The notes under the pieces are model-generated. The model was not told where the DNA came from. It was given only the letters and a program-made list of their open reading frames with translations, and ran no database searches. Positions 39,573 through 47,952 of a stretch of 50,038 bases of DNA are shown here, piece after piece; position 1 is the stretch's first letter, and every line of letters begins with the position of its first letter. The position numbers were made by a program, and so were the translations under genes. The DNA is from an uncultured Bacilli bacterium (GTDB lineage Bacteria > Bacillota_I > Bacilli_A > RF39 > UBA660), in assembly GCA_934130215.1 (NCBI GenBank), contig CAKOXR010000002.1:1-50038 (forward strand), written 5' to 3'.

Positions 39573-40148
39573 TTTACCCATCTGATATAAATTTTCTTTC
39601 ATAATTTTTTTATCAATAATAACATTACCAACTAAACTATTTTTTTTAACTTTTAAATTCATATCATTACAAGTTAATGGTAAATATTCCCCTTTTAATA
39701 AAATACTAAGTTTACCATTTGCTTCCATAAGACCATAATTTATTTGATTTAAATCAAAAACACCATTACTTCTACATTCCTCTAATAAATCATTAATATC
39801 AAGTTTTACCTTTTTTAAAGATTCTTTAATTATTTTTCCGTTTTGAATAACAATTGTAGGTGAACCCATAAAAAACCTGCGGGCTATTATACTTTTCATA
39901 GTAAGTATTGAAACTAAATAAGCAACAACACCAAATATAATAACTGCAATAACACCATTAATCCATTCTGCTTCTAAATTAATGGTAACTTCAGCAGCAA
40001 AATTACCTATTGAAATACCAATAACATAATCAAATAAACTAAGTTGAGAAACTTGTTTTTTCCCTAATAATTTTGTTATTAAAAAAAGTGTAACTAAAGA
40101 TATAATAGCTCTATAAGAAACTTCTATAATTTCTTTATAATTAAACAT
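39432..40148 (-). CDS. DUF421 (YetF-like) membrane protein
   Basis: ITKLLGKKQVSQLSLFDYVIGISIGNFAA signature. The ATG at 40148 (MFNYKE) follows AAAGGTGA. Confidence 0.8.
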   Translation of the reverse strand: MFNYKEIIEVSYRAIISLVTLFLITKLLGKKQVSQLSLFDYVIGISIGNFAAEVTINLEAEWINGVIAVIIFGVVAYLVSILTMKSIIARRFFMGSPTIVIQNGKIIKESLKKVKLDINDLLEECRSNGVFDLNQINYGLMEANGKLSILLKGEYLPLTCNDMNLKVKKNSLVGNVIIDKKIMKENLYQMGKDEKWLLNQLNIKGIKLKDVLLATLDINDKLTIYKQKENESILNILE

Positions 40149-40208
40149 ATTATCACCTTTAATAGTATAAATATTTATTAAAAAAATATACAAAAAAAGT
40201 ATAGATTT

Positions 40209-40622
40209 CTATACTTTACAAAATGTTTCTTCACTATTTGACATATTATAAATTAAATCATAGCTTCCATCAGATTTAACATTTATAACAATAATACCTT
40301 TCATTTCTTTAGAACATTTAGGATTAACAGGATATTTATCAAAAACACCTTCACTAATAAAAGTACTCATAGGAATTTCTATTTTTCTAGCACCATTAAA
40401 TAAATCAATTTTAACATTTTTACCATTAATAATTAATGTTTTACCTTCATTTTCAGTAATATAAGTACCAACAGCACCTTTAATAGTTTTTATTTGTTCT
40501 TCATAAAGTTTATTTTTTGCTTTTTTATCAATTCCATTATAAACATTTATACCAATCATACCTAAAATACCAAGTATAACTATAATTGCTAAAAGCTCAA
40601 TTAAAGTAAAACCTTTTTTCAT
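40209..40622 (-). CDS. prepilin-type N-terminal cleavage/methylation domain protein (pseudopilin)
   Basis: MKKG|FTLIELLAIIVILGILGMIG, a class III signal. Confidence 0.85.
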   Translation of the reverse strand: MKKGFTLIELLAIIVILGILGMIGINVYNGIDKKAKNKLYEEQIKTIKGAVGTYITENEGKTLIINGKNVKIDLFNGARKIEIPMSTFISEGVFDKYPVNPKCSKEMKGIIVINVKSDGSYDLIYNMSNSEETFCKV

Positions 40623-40624
40623 AA

Positions 40625-41611
40625 CTACCTTTCTATTAAATATAAATTATCAAGTAATATTCCTGTTCCATTTGCAACACAAGAAAGACAATTATCAGCA
40701 ATTTTAACTGGAATTTTTAATTCTTTTGCAAGTAAACTATCAAGACCATTTAATAAAGCACCACCACCTGTTAAAACAATACCTTTATCAATAATATCTG
40801 CAGATAATTCTGGAGGGGTCTGCTCTAATACATTTTTAACTGCTCTAACAATTAAATAAGCTCCATCAGATAATGCTTCTTTTATTTCTGATGCAGTAAT
40901 ATGAATAGTATGAGGTAAACCTGTTACTAAATTTCTTCCCTTTACATCCATTTTTTCATTTGTTTCATTAAAAACTGAACCAATCTCTATTTTTATTTCT
41001 TCAGCAGTTCTTTCACCAATTAATAATTTATATTTATCTTTTATATATTTTGTGATGTCTTTATCAAAAGTGTTTCCAGCAACTTTTATAGAAGCAGATG
41101 TTACAATACCCCCCAATGATAATACAGCAATATCTGTAGTACCACCACCAATATCAACAACCATGGATCCATTTGGAATTGATATATCAATTCCAGCTCC
41201 AAGAGCAGCAGCTTTTGGTTCTTCTTCAATATAAACTGATTTAGCACCAATTTTTTCGGCAGCTTCCCTAATAGCATTCTTTTCAACACTAGTAATATTA
41301 GTAGGACAACAAATAACTATTTTAGGTCTTAAAAACATATTTTTACCTATTACTTTTTTTATAAAATAATTAAGCATTATTTCTGTTGTATCAAAATCAG
41401 CAATAACACCATCTTTTAATGGTTTAACAGCTTTTATATTACCAGGTGTTCTTCCTAACATATCTCTAGCTTCACTTCCAACGGCAAGTATTTTATGACT
41501 ATCTTCATCATAAGCAATTACACTTGGTTCATTCAAAACTATGCCTTCACCTTTTACATAAACAAGTACATTAGCTGTTCCTAAATCTATTCCTATATCT
41601 TTGCTGAACAT
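40625..41611 (-). CDS. mbl: MreB/Mbl family actin-like rod-shape protein
   Basis: DIGIDLGTANVLVYVKGEGIVLNEPSVIA and DIGGGTTDIAVLSLGGIV. The mbl assignment comes from its position downstream of spoIIID, as in Bacillus. Confidence 0.85.
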   Translation of the reverse strand: MFSKDIGIDLGTANVLVYVKGEGIVLNEPSVIAYDEDSHKILAVGSEARDMLGRTPGNIKAVKPLKDGVIADFDTTEIMLNYFIKKVIGKNMFLRPKIVICCPTNITSVEKNAIREAAEKIGAKSVYIEEEPKAAALGAGIDISIPNGSMVVDIGGGTTDIAVLSLGGIVTSASIKVAGNTFDKDITKYIKDKYKLLIGERTAEEIKIEIGSVFNETNEKMDVKGRNLVTGLPHTIHITASEIKEALSDGAYLIVRAVKNVLEQTPPELSADIIDKGIVLTGGGALLNGLDSLLAKELKIPVKIADNCLSCVANGTGILLDNLYLIER

Positions 41612-41624
41612 ATTTCCTCCTTTA

Positions 41625-41885
41625 TTATAACATTTTTTTATTATTATTTAAATACTTATTTTTAGTTGATTCACCACCTCTTATATGTCTAATATCAATA
41701 TGATGTTTTAATATTTTATCAACTTTTTCATATAGTTTTTTATCGATATATTTTAATCTATCATGTAGATCTTTATGAACAGTACTTTTAGAAACCCCAA
41801 ATTTTATAGCAAGTTCTCTTACAGTTTCTTCAGTTTTTATAATATAAACCGCTTCCTCTAAAACACGATTTCGAATTTTTAACAT
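41625..41885 (-). CDS. spoIIID: sporulation transcriptional regulator SpoIIID
   Basis: IRNRVLEEAVYIIKTEETVRELAIKFGVSKSTVHKDLHDRL...HIRGGESTKNKY. Confidence 0.9.
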   Translation of the reverse strand: MLKIRNRVLEEAVYIIKTEETVRELAIKFGVSKSTVHKDLHDRLKYIDKKLYEKVDKILKHHIDIRHIRGGESTKNKYLNNNKKML

Positions 41886-41931
41886 AAAAACACCCCTTAA
41901 TAAAATATATAATTAATAGGGATTTTTATAC

Positions 41932-42549
41932 TTATTTATTTAATTCATTTAATGTTTTTCCATAATTTTTTTCAGGATCTATATTTTTTCCATTTACAAT
42001 TAATTCAAAATGTAAATGATCACCTAAATTACTAGATAAATTATTTTTACCACTTTCTCCTATAACATCCATTTTATTAACAAAATCGCCTTCTTTTACT
42101 TTAACATTTTGTAAACTAGCATATAAACTAATAATATTTTCATCATGTTTTATAGTAACAATAGTACCCATAATTTCATCATTTTCAATTTTTGTAACTT
42201 CTCCTTCATATATAGCTAAACAATCAAATTTGTTTGTTCCTTTATATATTACTCCTGTATTTGGCATATAAGTATTTTCGTAATAAATAATAGAATTTTC
42301 ATGATTTTCTTCTTTATAATCATAAAAAGAATTTACAACTTTAACACTATCATCATTATATGGTCTTTCTAAACCTTTTGATAAATTTATAACTGGATAA
42401 ACTTCATCAAAAATATTTTTAGTAACATATCTTGTACTTATATATTCTTCGCTATTAGATATTGCTTGATAAATAAATAATCCTCCAATTAAACTTAAAC
42501 TTCCAATAGCATACAATCCATATATAACTGATTCTTTTAATTTTCTCAT
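41932..42549 (-). CDS. spoIIQ: membrane-anchored M23/LytM-domain protein, SpoIIQ-like
   Basis: N-terminal TM and a C-terminal GDHLHFELIVNGKNIDP (HxH). It lies upstream of spoIIID as in Bacillus. Confidence 0.65.
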   Translation of the reverse strand: MRKLKESVIYGLYAIGSLSLIGGLFIYQAISNSEEYISTRYVTKNIFDEVYPVINLSKGLERPYNDDSVKVVNSFYDYKEENHENSIIYYENTYMPNTGVIYKGTNKFDCLAIYEGEVTKIENDEIMGTIVTIKHDENIISLYASLQNVKVKEGDFVNKMDVIGESGKNNLSSNLGDHLHFELIVNGKNIDPEKNYGKTLNELNK

Positions 42550-42581
42550 TTTTCCACCTCAGTTATATATTGTTCTTTTTT

Positions 42582-43505
42582 TTAAATTTTATACTTTTTT
42601 ATTTTAACTCCACTATAATAATGTTTTAATATTTCACTATATTTATATCCTTCAATCGCCATTCCTAAAGCACCATACTGGCTCATACCAACACCATGAC
42701 CAAATCCGTTTGTAGTAATATTAACTAAATTATCATTTTTTTTAATAACAAAACTACTAGATCGTAAATTAAATATATTTGATATTTTATTACCTGTAAA
42801 ATTAACATTATTTATTTTTATATTTTTAATTCTCCCACCACTTGTAGAATCAATTATTTCAATTTGTAAATTTTCATTATATGGCAAATTCAATTTTTTA
42901 TAGAAATCTTCTAAAGAAAAAGTATAATAATCGAAAAATACAGGCGATACTTTTTCATCCCATTCACTTGACACACTTTGTAGATATGGAAGATTGATAT
43001 TAAAAACATCAATACTATTTTCTGTTTTACCAGTACTAGTAGAAAAAAAGAAAGCATCAACTATAGAACCATTATAATCTAAATATTCGCAGTATGTATC
43101 ATTAACAGCTTTTCTTATTTTATTAATATTTTTAATATAATTTTTACCCCAAACTTTTTTTAAATATTCATTATCTAAATATACTTGATTATTTGTATTA
43201 TCAACAACATCATATTCTTTATTTTTATTATATTCCATTCTTTTTAAAGCATAACTTCTAGAAGCAACTGCTTGTGCTTTCATTGCTTCTTCTTTAAAAT
43301 ATAAAGGCATTTCTCCCGCGATAACACCTACTATATAATCTTCGAAAGGAATTGTATCAATTTTTTTTGAATTTGTTCTATAAATTCGAATCATTTTATT
43401 ATTATGTACAAGTTCAATAATTTTATTTTCTTTTTTATCAAAATTTTTTATTAATAAATAAGGTAATAATAATATAATTAATAAAAATAAAATAAACTTT
43501 TTCAT
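42582..43505 (-). CDS. spoIID: stage II sporulation protein D (lytic transglycosylase)
   Basis: AMKAQAVASRSYALKR, FFSTSTGKTENS, and GHGVGMSQYGA. Confidence 0.9.
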   Translation of the reverse strand: MKKFILFLLIILLLPYLLIKNFDKKENKIIELVHNNKMIRIYRTNSKKIDTIPFEDYIVGVIAGEMPLYFKEEAMKAQAVASRSYALKRMEYNKNKEYDVVDNTNNQVYLDNEYLKKVWGKNYIKNINKIRKAVNDTYCEYLDYNGSIVDAFFFSTSTGKTENSIDVFNINLPYLQSVSSEWDEKVSPVFFDYYTFSLEDFYKKLNLPYNENLQIEIIDSTSGGRIKNIKINNVNFTGNKISNIFNLRSSSFVIKKNDNLVNITTNGFGHGVGMSQYGALGMAIEGYKYSEILKHYYSGVKIKKYKI

Positions 43506-43583
43506 AATATCACCAATATAATTATATTAATTATATTTTAAAAATTTTGTTGATAAATAAAAAAATCTATACATTTGTATAGA

Positions 43584-44426
43584 TTATTCACTTTTTACTA
43601 ATTTGTTTTCTTTAAAGAAATCTACATATTCACTTGTTTCAATTTGTGTATAACCAGATTGTAATTTAGATGCAACTAATTTACCATTTTTAACAATTAA
43701 AACTGCTGGTGTAACTAAACCATCATCAAATAATGGTAATGAGTTCATAAATTTTTTTGCAATTGCTTTTTGTTCACTTGTTGCTTTATCAGAATAAGTT
43801 TCAGCCATATAAACATCATAAACATCTAATGAATAAATTTTAACATCTGTTAAATTAGATGCTCTTTTTAATTGTGAAATTGCAAAATCATTATCAGAGC
43901 TACTATTTCTTCCAAGATATATAACTGAAGTATTTTTACTCTTTAATAATTTATAATATTCACTATAACTTATATCTTTTAAATCATTCATTCCATAATT
44001 TTTAATTAATTCATATTTATTTAAAATATTAGCTAAATAATCTTCATTTTTATATCCAACTATAGATTCTTGAACTTCACCTTTTCCAATTACAGCCATT
44101 GTAGGTGTACCAAAATCATCATAATCAACTTTAATTTTTTCAAGAATATGTTTTAATTGACTATCATTAATTTTTCTAGTATCAATATATAGATAATTTA
44201 ATCCATAATTCTTTTCTAAATCATCTAAAATTGGTTTTTGTTTAATACAATATGTACAAGCATCTCTTGCAAGCTCTATAAATGTATATTTATCAGAACT
44301 ATAAGCCGAATCAAAATTTGAAACCATTTCTCTTCCTTTTTTACCACCTATATAATTAATTAAAGGTAAAGTAATTATTAATAATAACATTAGTCCTAAA
44401 ACTGTTATAAATCTCTTATTTTCCAT
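43584..44426 (-). CDS. membrane-anchored thioredoxin-fold protein (two tandem Trx-like modules)
   Basis: N-terminal TM. The first module has CTYC and GTPTM (cis-Pro). The second module has VTPAVL but lacks CxxC. Confidence 0.7.
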   Translation of the reverse strand: MENKRFITVLGLMLLLIITLPLINYIGGKKGREMVSNFDSAYSSDKYTFIELARDACTYCIKQKPILDDLEKNYGLNYLYIDTRKINDSQLKHILEKIKVDYDDFGTPTMAVIGKGEVQESIVGYKNEDYLANILNKYELIKNYGMNDLKDISYSEYYKLLKSKNTSVIYLGRNSSSDNDFAISQLKRASNLTDVKIYSLDVYDVYMAETYSDKATSEQKAIAKKFMNSLPLFDDGLVTPAVLIVKNGKLVASKLQSGYTQIETSEYVDFFKENKLVKSE

Positions 44427-44490
44427 GTTAACCTCCTATGATGTTTTTCACATCGCATTATCATTATATCATATTTTATTGATTTTTAAA

Positions 44491-45045
44491 CTATTTTTTT
44501 ATTAATAAAGGATAATTGTTAAGAATTTTGTTTTTTGCACTCTCTTGATTAGTCTTAACTGATTCAATAAAAAATTCTAATTGAATTTTACTAAATTCTC
44601 TTTCCTTAAAAAATGTATCTGTTCCAATAATAATATTATTACTTTCAAACTCATAACAATTTATAATTGGTAAATATAGATGATTAAGTTGTTCAATATC
44701 GCAATAAATTCTATAATCAGCTCTTTTATAATTATAATCAACTCTTTGTTCTTTAATATAACAATCAAAATATCTATAAGTTCCTAAATAAACAAATATT
44801 TTATTAGTTTCATCTTTATTTATATAAAATAAATATTTTTTATAAATTCTTTTTATAATATCTTCATCTTTTTCATTATTAATTTCTTCATTATTAATAT
44901 TTTTATTAATAAGTTTTAAATATTCTTTAATTAAAGGATTAGATTCTAAATTTTTAATTTTTTTTATTCTTTCATTATTTATTTGATTATATTTTTTTAT
45001 TTCATTTAGTTCTATTTTCAATTTATTTAATATATCTTCTCTCAT
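44491..45045 (-). CDS. hypothetical protein (184 aa)
   Basis: ORF only; no motif recognised. Confidence 0.5.
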   Translation of the reverse strand: MREDILNKLKIELNEIKKYNQINNERIKKIKNLESNPLIKEYLKLINKNINNEEINNEKDEDIIKRIYKKYLFYINKDETNKIFVYLGTYRYFDCYIKEQRVDYNYKRADYRIYCDIEQLNHLYLPIINCYEFESNNIIIGTDTFFKEREFSKIQLEFFIESVKTNQESAKNKILNNYPLLIKK

Positions 45046-45050
45046 AATAT

Positions 45051-47135
45051 TTAACCTTTAACATTATTTTTTATAAATTCTGATAATGCCTTATTTCCTT
45101 TTTCATTTAAATGTTTACCATCTGGCATTAAATATTCATTTTTTAATTCAAAATTATAAACATTTTCTTTATTTAATTTACCATTTATATTAAATATATA
45201 AATTTGATTATTACATAATTTAACTAAAGTATTATAATCATTTAATGTTAAATTATTAAATATAAATACACACCTTTTAGTTGAATTTTCATTTTTCAAA
45301 GTATTTATAATATTTTCAAAACTATTTATAACAAAATTAGAATCCTTAAAATCTTTACTTATATAATCAAAAGCATTTAGTAATAAACTATTACCATAAA
45401 AACTAATTTTATTATTTTTTTTATTTTCATATTCTTTTATTAAATCATTTTTCATTTTTTCATATTTTATTAAATAATTATCATAAATAGCTTTATAAAT
45501 AGCTTCTGAATAAGCTTTTCTTCCTGCTGGTGTTAAATGAATTCCATCAGCATAAAAATATTCTTTATGACCACTTGAAATATTTTTCCAATCAATAAGA
45601 TATACATTATCATGTAAACTTGCATATTTACTTAAATTATTATTAACATACTCTAAATTGGTAGTATTAATTAAATAAACATCTTTATCCCCAATAACCT
45701 CTAATATTTCATCTTTACAACTAGTAGAACAATCACCATTAGTACCCAAATGAATAATAATAGGGTTTCCTAATTTATTATTGTTTTTTAAATTTGTTAA
45801 AATTTTACTACAAGACCAAGCAGTTCTCGAAATTTTAGCATCAAAATATCCATTTGGAAATTTTTGATATAAATTATTAACAGCACCAAGCATAACTGAA
45901 TCACCAATACCTACAACTGGTAAATTTTTAACAACATCTTTTAATTTTTCTTCATAGTTTTCATATGTTTCCAATTTTTTTATCCAATTTTCTTCTTCTT
46001 GTTTTAAATTTTCTAAATATTTTTGATTATTTTTTTCCAATTCTTTTTCATTATTTGATAATTGTTCTTTAAGTATATTCATTTCTTTAGTATAATCTTT
46101 AGCTTTTATATAAATTAAAAAACCATATAAAGAAAATATTATCAAAATTAAACAAAAAATATTTCTTATTACTTTATTTTTAGTTTCATAAATAATATAA
46201 TGATAAATCCAAGATAATAAAATAATTAACAAAATAATTATTATTATTTTAAAAGGAATATTAATATTTTGAAAAATAAATATTACAGGATATTGTATTA
46301 AATATATTTCATATGAGAAATTAATAAAAAATTTATTTTTATAATTATTAATTAAACCATATTCAATTAATCTACCACTTAAAATTGAAACTAATATCAT
46401 AATAATACTATAATATTTACTAGAGTATGGTACAAATATAAATAACATTGAAAGAACAAATAAATATAAATAATATATTTTATTATTTATAATGTAACTT
46501 TTATAATAATAATTTATAAATCCAATAAACATACCCAAAAAGAAAGAAAAACTTCGTCCAAATGTATCATAATAAGCATAATTTATACCCTTTATTATAT
46601 TTATTTTATAAAAATATATACTTGATATAATAAAAAGTAAAAATAAAATAATACATGGTAAACTTTTAATTTTATTACCTATTTTTTTTAAAATTTTAAA
46701 AAGAATAGGAAATATAAGTTCATATTGCATTAATATAGAAATATACCATAAATGCATAAAAGGAGAATCTATATGCCGAGCAAAATAATCCAAATTAACA
46801 GTTCTTTGCCAAAAATTATTATATCCAAATATAATAGATGTAGTTTCTGGTTTTAAATTAAACCAATAAATATTATCAAAAAAAGATAAAATACCAACTA
46901 CTACAAAAGTTATTATTATTAAAGGAAAATATATTTTTTTTATTCTATTTTTATAATAAGATAATATAGAAAAATCATCTTTTTTTAAAGAACTAACAGT
47001 AGAAAGATATCCTGAAAGCACAAAAAAAGTACACACTGCTAAATATCCACCTTTAATTAAGCCTAAATGATATAAAAGTATAGCACATGTGCATAAGATT
47101 CTAATAAAGTTAATACTATAATTTCTACTACTCAT
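45051..47135 (-). CDS. acyltransferase-3 family membrane O-acyltransferase fused to an SGNH domain (OatA-like)
   Basis: N-terminal FIRILCTCAILLYHLG..., about 10 TM helices, and a coiled-coil linker. The SGNH blocks are VVGIGDSVMLGA, HLGTNGD and YADGIHLTPAG. Confidence 0.85.
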   Translation of the reverse strand: MSSRNYSINFIRILCTCAILLYHLGLIKGGYLAVCTFFVLSGYLSTVSSLKKDDFSILSYYKNRIKKIYFPLIIITFVVVGILSFFDNIYWFNLKPETTSIIFGYNNFWQRTVNLDYFARHIDSPFMHLWYISILMQYELIFPILFKILKKIGNKIKSLPCIILFLLFIISSIYFYKINIIKGINYAYYDTFGRSFSFFLGMFIGFINYYYKSYIINNKIYYLYLFVLSMLFIFVPYSSKYYSIIMILVSILSGRLIEYGLINNYKNKFFINFSYEIYLIQYPVIFIFQNINIPFKIIIIILLIILLSWIYHYIIYETKNKVIRNIFCLILIIFSLYGFLIYIKAKDYTKEMNILKEQLSNNEKELEKNNQKYLENLKQEEENWIKKLETYENYEEKLKDVVKNLPVVGIGDSVMLGAVNNLYQKFPNGYFDAKISRTAWSCSKILTNLKNNNKLGNPIIIHLGTNGDCSTSCKDEILEVIGDKDVYLINTTNLEYVNNNLSKYASLHDNVYLIDWKNISSGHKEYFYADGIHLTPAGRKAYSEAIYKAIYDNYLIKYEKMKNDLIKEYENKKNNKISFYGNSLLLNAFDYISKDFKDSNFVINSFENIINTLKNENSTKRCVFIFNNLTLNDYNTLVKLCNNQIYIFNINGKLNKENVYNFELKNEYLMPDGKHLNEKGNKALSEFIKNNVKG

Positions 47136-47212
47136 AAAACCTCACTTATGTAAATTATTATAACATATCAAACATTATAATTTTTATCTATTTATAATCT
47201 TTACATAAAAAT

Positions 47213-47785
47213 TTACAATTTTTTATTTACTATTTCTATTGCTTCTTCATGGTTTGGTTTATATTTTCTTTTTAATCCCATTAACATAATTTGCTTAAAA
47301 TCTTTATATATAGGTAAATATAAAACATTACCTTTATTACGACAAATCCATTTGAAATTTTTTTTATTTATAAATTCATCTAAAAATTTATCTTGAAATC
47401 TTTCTCCTCTGCAAACTATCCAATTTTTTCCAAATATTCCAACTTGTAACCATCCTAATCTTTCTACAGCAAAACTTTCATAAGGTTCATTTGCATCCTG
47501 ATTAAGATGACTATATTGTTTTAATTCATTTTGAATTTTTTTATAAATGTTGCTATCATATAATTCGAGTCCCAATAAAAAAATTCTAAATAATTGACCA
47601 TGATCTTGAACAATTTTAGGTGCTAGATCTTTATCTATATAATAACTAACCATTTGACCATCAGGTAAAACCCATCCTCTAAATTTTTCATCTGCAGAGT
47701 GATATTTAAAAATATCAGACATTATTTTTAATACCTTTTCATCATTCATTTTACTAGCAATAAACATAATATCATTATTATCCAT
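47213..47785 (-). CDS. hypothetical protein (190 aa)
   Basis: ORF only; no motif recognised. Confidence 0.5.
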   Translation of the reverse strand: MDNNDIMFIASKMNDEKVLKIMSDIFKYHSADEKFRGWVLPDGQMVSYYIDKDLAPKIVQDHGQLFRIFLLGLELYDSNIYKKIQNELKQYSHLNQDANEPYESFAVERLGWLQVGIFGKNWIVCRGERFQDKFLDEFINKKNFKWICRNKGNVLYLPIYKDFKQIMLMGLKRKYKPNHEEAIEIVNKKL

Positions 47786-47900
47786 AATTTAACCTCAAAT
47801 TAATTATAATATACTAATTAATTTTTATCAATTAAATTATTTAAAAAATATATTTTTCAAATTCAAAATATTAATAATTATTAAAATTTCAGTCTTCCAC

Positions 47901-47929
47901 TTGAAAAATTTGTCGAAAAATGGTATAAC
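47901..47929 (+). promoter_or_regulatory. putative promoter of the LtaS-family gene
   Basis: TTGAAA (47901-47906), a 17-nt spacer, then TATAAC (47924-47929). It lies 24 nt upstream of the ATG. Confidence 0.4.
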
Positions 47930-47952
47930 TACTACATGCAGAGGTGAATTAA

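Noticed and set aside
41052-41289. Small ORFs inside the mbl gene (41052-41234 on the plus strand, 41101-41289 on the minus strand)
   Set aside because: They are embedded in alternative frames of a strongly supported MreB-family gene, with no independent signals.
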